Below, piece by piece: positions 62,590 through 64,000 of a stretch of 64,000 nt of DNA. The notes under the pieces were generated by a model that saw nothing but the letters and a program-made list of their open reading frames with translations, ran no database searches and was not told where the DNA came from. Both the position numbers and the translations under genes were made by a program. Each line of letters starts with the position of its first letter. Within the stretch, counting starts at the first letter, position 1. Origin of the DNA: Octopus sinensis. Its lineage: Eukaryota. Location: positions 28,458,001 through 28,522,000 of the forward strand of contig NC_043010.1 of the NCBI RefSeq assembly GCF_006345805.1, given 5' to 3'.

Positions 62590-64000
62590 AACGAAGATGG
62601 CACCAAAGTGAGAAAGAAAGAGTTAAATCTTCTGCTACGAGCATGGTGATCCGCCAAACAACATCATCACTGCCGCGCTAAAGAACAATGGCTTTTATAG
62701 AACCATTGACCAGATAGAGCGAAAGAAAAGTGAATTTATCCGGTCTTACATGCTTATAAGAACACACATCAACACCTTGGATAACATAATTGAAAATTAT
62801 TGTGGCAAGGCTAATAAGGATGAAGAGGACGAAAAAGAGAAAGAACCCGGAAGTCTCTGTAATCCAGAGGTTCCTCAAGAAAATGGATCACCTACCCCGG
62901 TGAACGACCAGGCAGGGAATTATAGGGGAGCCAAGGGAGCAGAAACTTGAAGCCTCCCTGTACCAGTGGTCCTACAAAGAAATGAGAAATTAGAAAAACA
63001 GAAGAAAAAAGGAAGAACGGAAAACAAAAATAAAGAAGGAAAGGAAGGAAAACAACCAAAGCTGAAACCCCAACCCACCACACAAATAGCAGAGAACCCC
63101 ATGGAGGATCCAATGCCACCCAGCACACTTCAGGAAAAAGAAATCTGGAAAGCACCCAAGAACCTGTAAATTCTACCTGCGGGGAGGACGGCAAAAATTG
63201 CCGGTTTGCCCACCCGACACCCTGCCAGAACTTCAGGGGACTCAAAGAGAAAAGCTTTAATGAGGGAAGACAGGAAATGTCTCCCAGGAAAACATTCAGA
63301 AAAGGAGTGTGCTCCTCAGATGTTCTGCGCAACGCAGCAGCTGAGCAAGAGTCTTTTTTGTGCATGGCGCAAAAGATTGTCCAGCAGCTAACCTGGTTAC
63401 ACCAAGCACAAAGAAGGAACCTTTCCCACCACTATGCAAGACCACCACAGTCAACAGACACGGGATGGCCTCCCCTAACGCCTGCACAGCCGTCACCCCA
63501 ATACTTTTACTAAATATTGGGGGCCTGTTGCATCAAAATAAAAACAAAATTTCTTTCCTGAGAGATCTTACTGCATGCAATCAAGCCCTATGTATAGCAC
63601 TCGTGGAAACTCACCTCAGCCCTGATATAGAGGACGCAGAAGTACACGTACCAAACTATGCCTTACTGCGAACAGACAGAAGGGAAAGGAGCCATGGTGG
63701 AGTTGCTGTATACATCCGGGATGACCTCACACCTCAGGTCTTACTATCATGCTCAAATTCGGTATGTGACACTTTAATTGTATACATAAGACAACATAAT
63801 ATAGTCATATGCAATACATATTGCCCACCGGATGCTCCAAATCACATAGGCAAGCTTGAAGATTGCCTCACAAGAATTAAAGAAATCCTCATGAATCTGG
63901 AACACCACGTGACCATATTTCTTATGTGCGATTTCAACTTCCCCAACGTCAAATGGCCCGAAGGTCTCATACTCTCAGGAATGAATCATTGCAAGCAAGT
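62590..64000 (+). mobile_element. Second LINE of the same family (ORF1 + APE endonuclease), running off the window end
   Basis: NIITAALKNNGF; TCKFYL...CRFAHP.PC (frameshifted); LLNIGGL; IALVETHL; RTDRRERSHGGVAVY; DFNFPNVKW. Confidence 0.85.

Noticed and set aside
62022-62649. Long Leu/Ser/Phe-rich membrane-protein-like ORFs
   Set aside because: They are an artefact of a stop-poor CT-rich low-complexity tract.

Overview
AT-rich, repeat-dense animal genomic DNA. The SINE, RTE and microsatellite landscape resembles an Octopus (coleoid cephalopod) genome; this is inferred from remembered repeat families, not from a search. One host gene can be fully reconstructed: ALG13 (+ strand, 4 coding exons, 45930-53318, 167 aa). 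Its terminal exon is present twice as 205-bp copies differing at one base. The rest is nested mobile DNA. It includes a CR1-type LINE at the left edge, an internally deleted mariner with a CR1 3' end inserted in it, and a near full-length decayed RTE LINE with three C-terminal C2H2 fingers. A 547-bp non-autonomous derivative of that RTE is also present; both sit in (ATGT)n with TSDs and share a highly structured leader. A Ty3/Gypsy element has apparently identical 418-bp LTRs but broken ORFs. Also present are a Penelope-type minimal hammerhead variant, several MITE types, two CCCH-ORF1 LINE 5' halves, two foldback elements, many tRNA-derived SINEs and a 100-N gap. The most promising leads are the microsatellite-targeting ZnF-RTE with its short partner and the duplicated ALG13 last exon. 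SINE and decayed-element boundaries are approximate, and all comparisons were made by eye.
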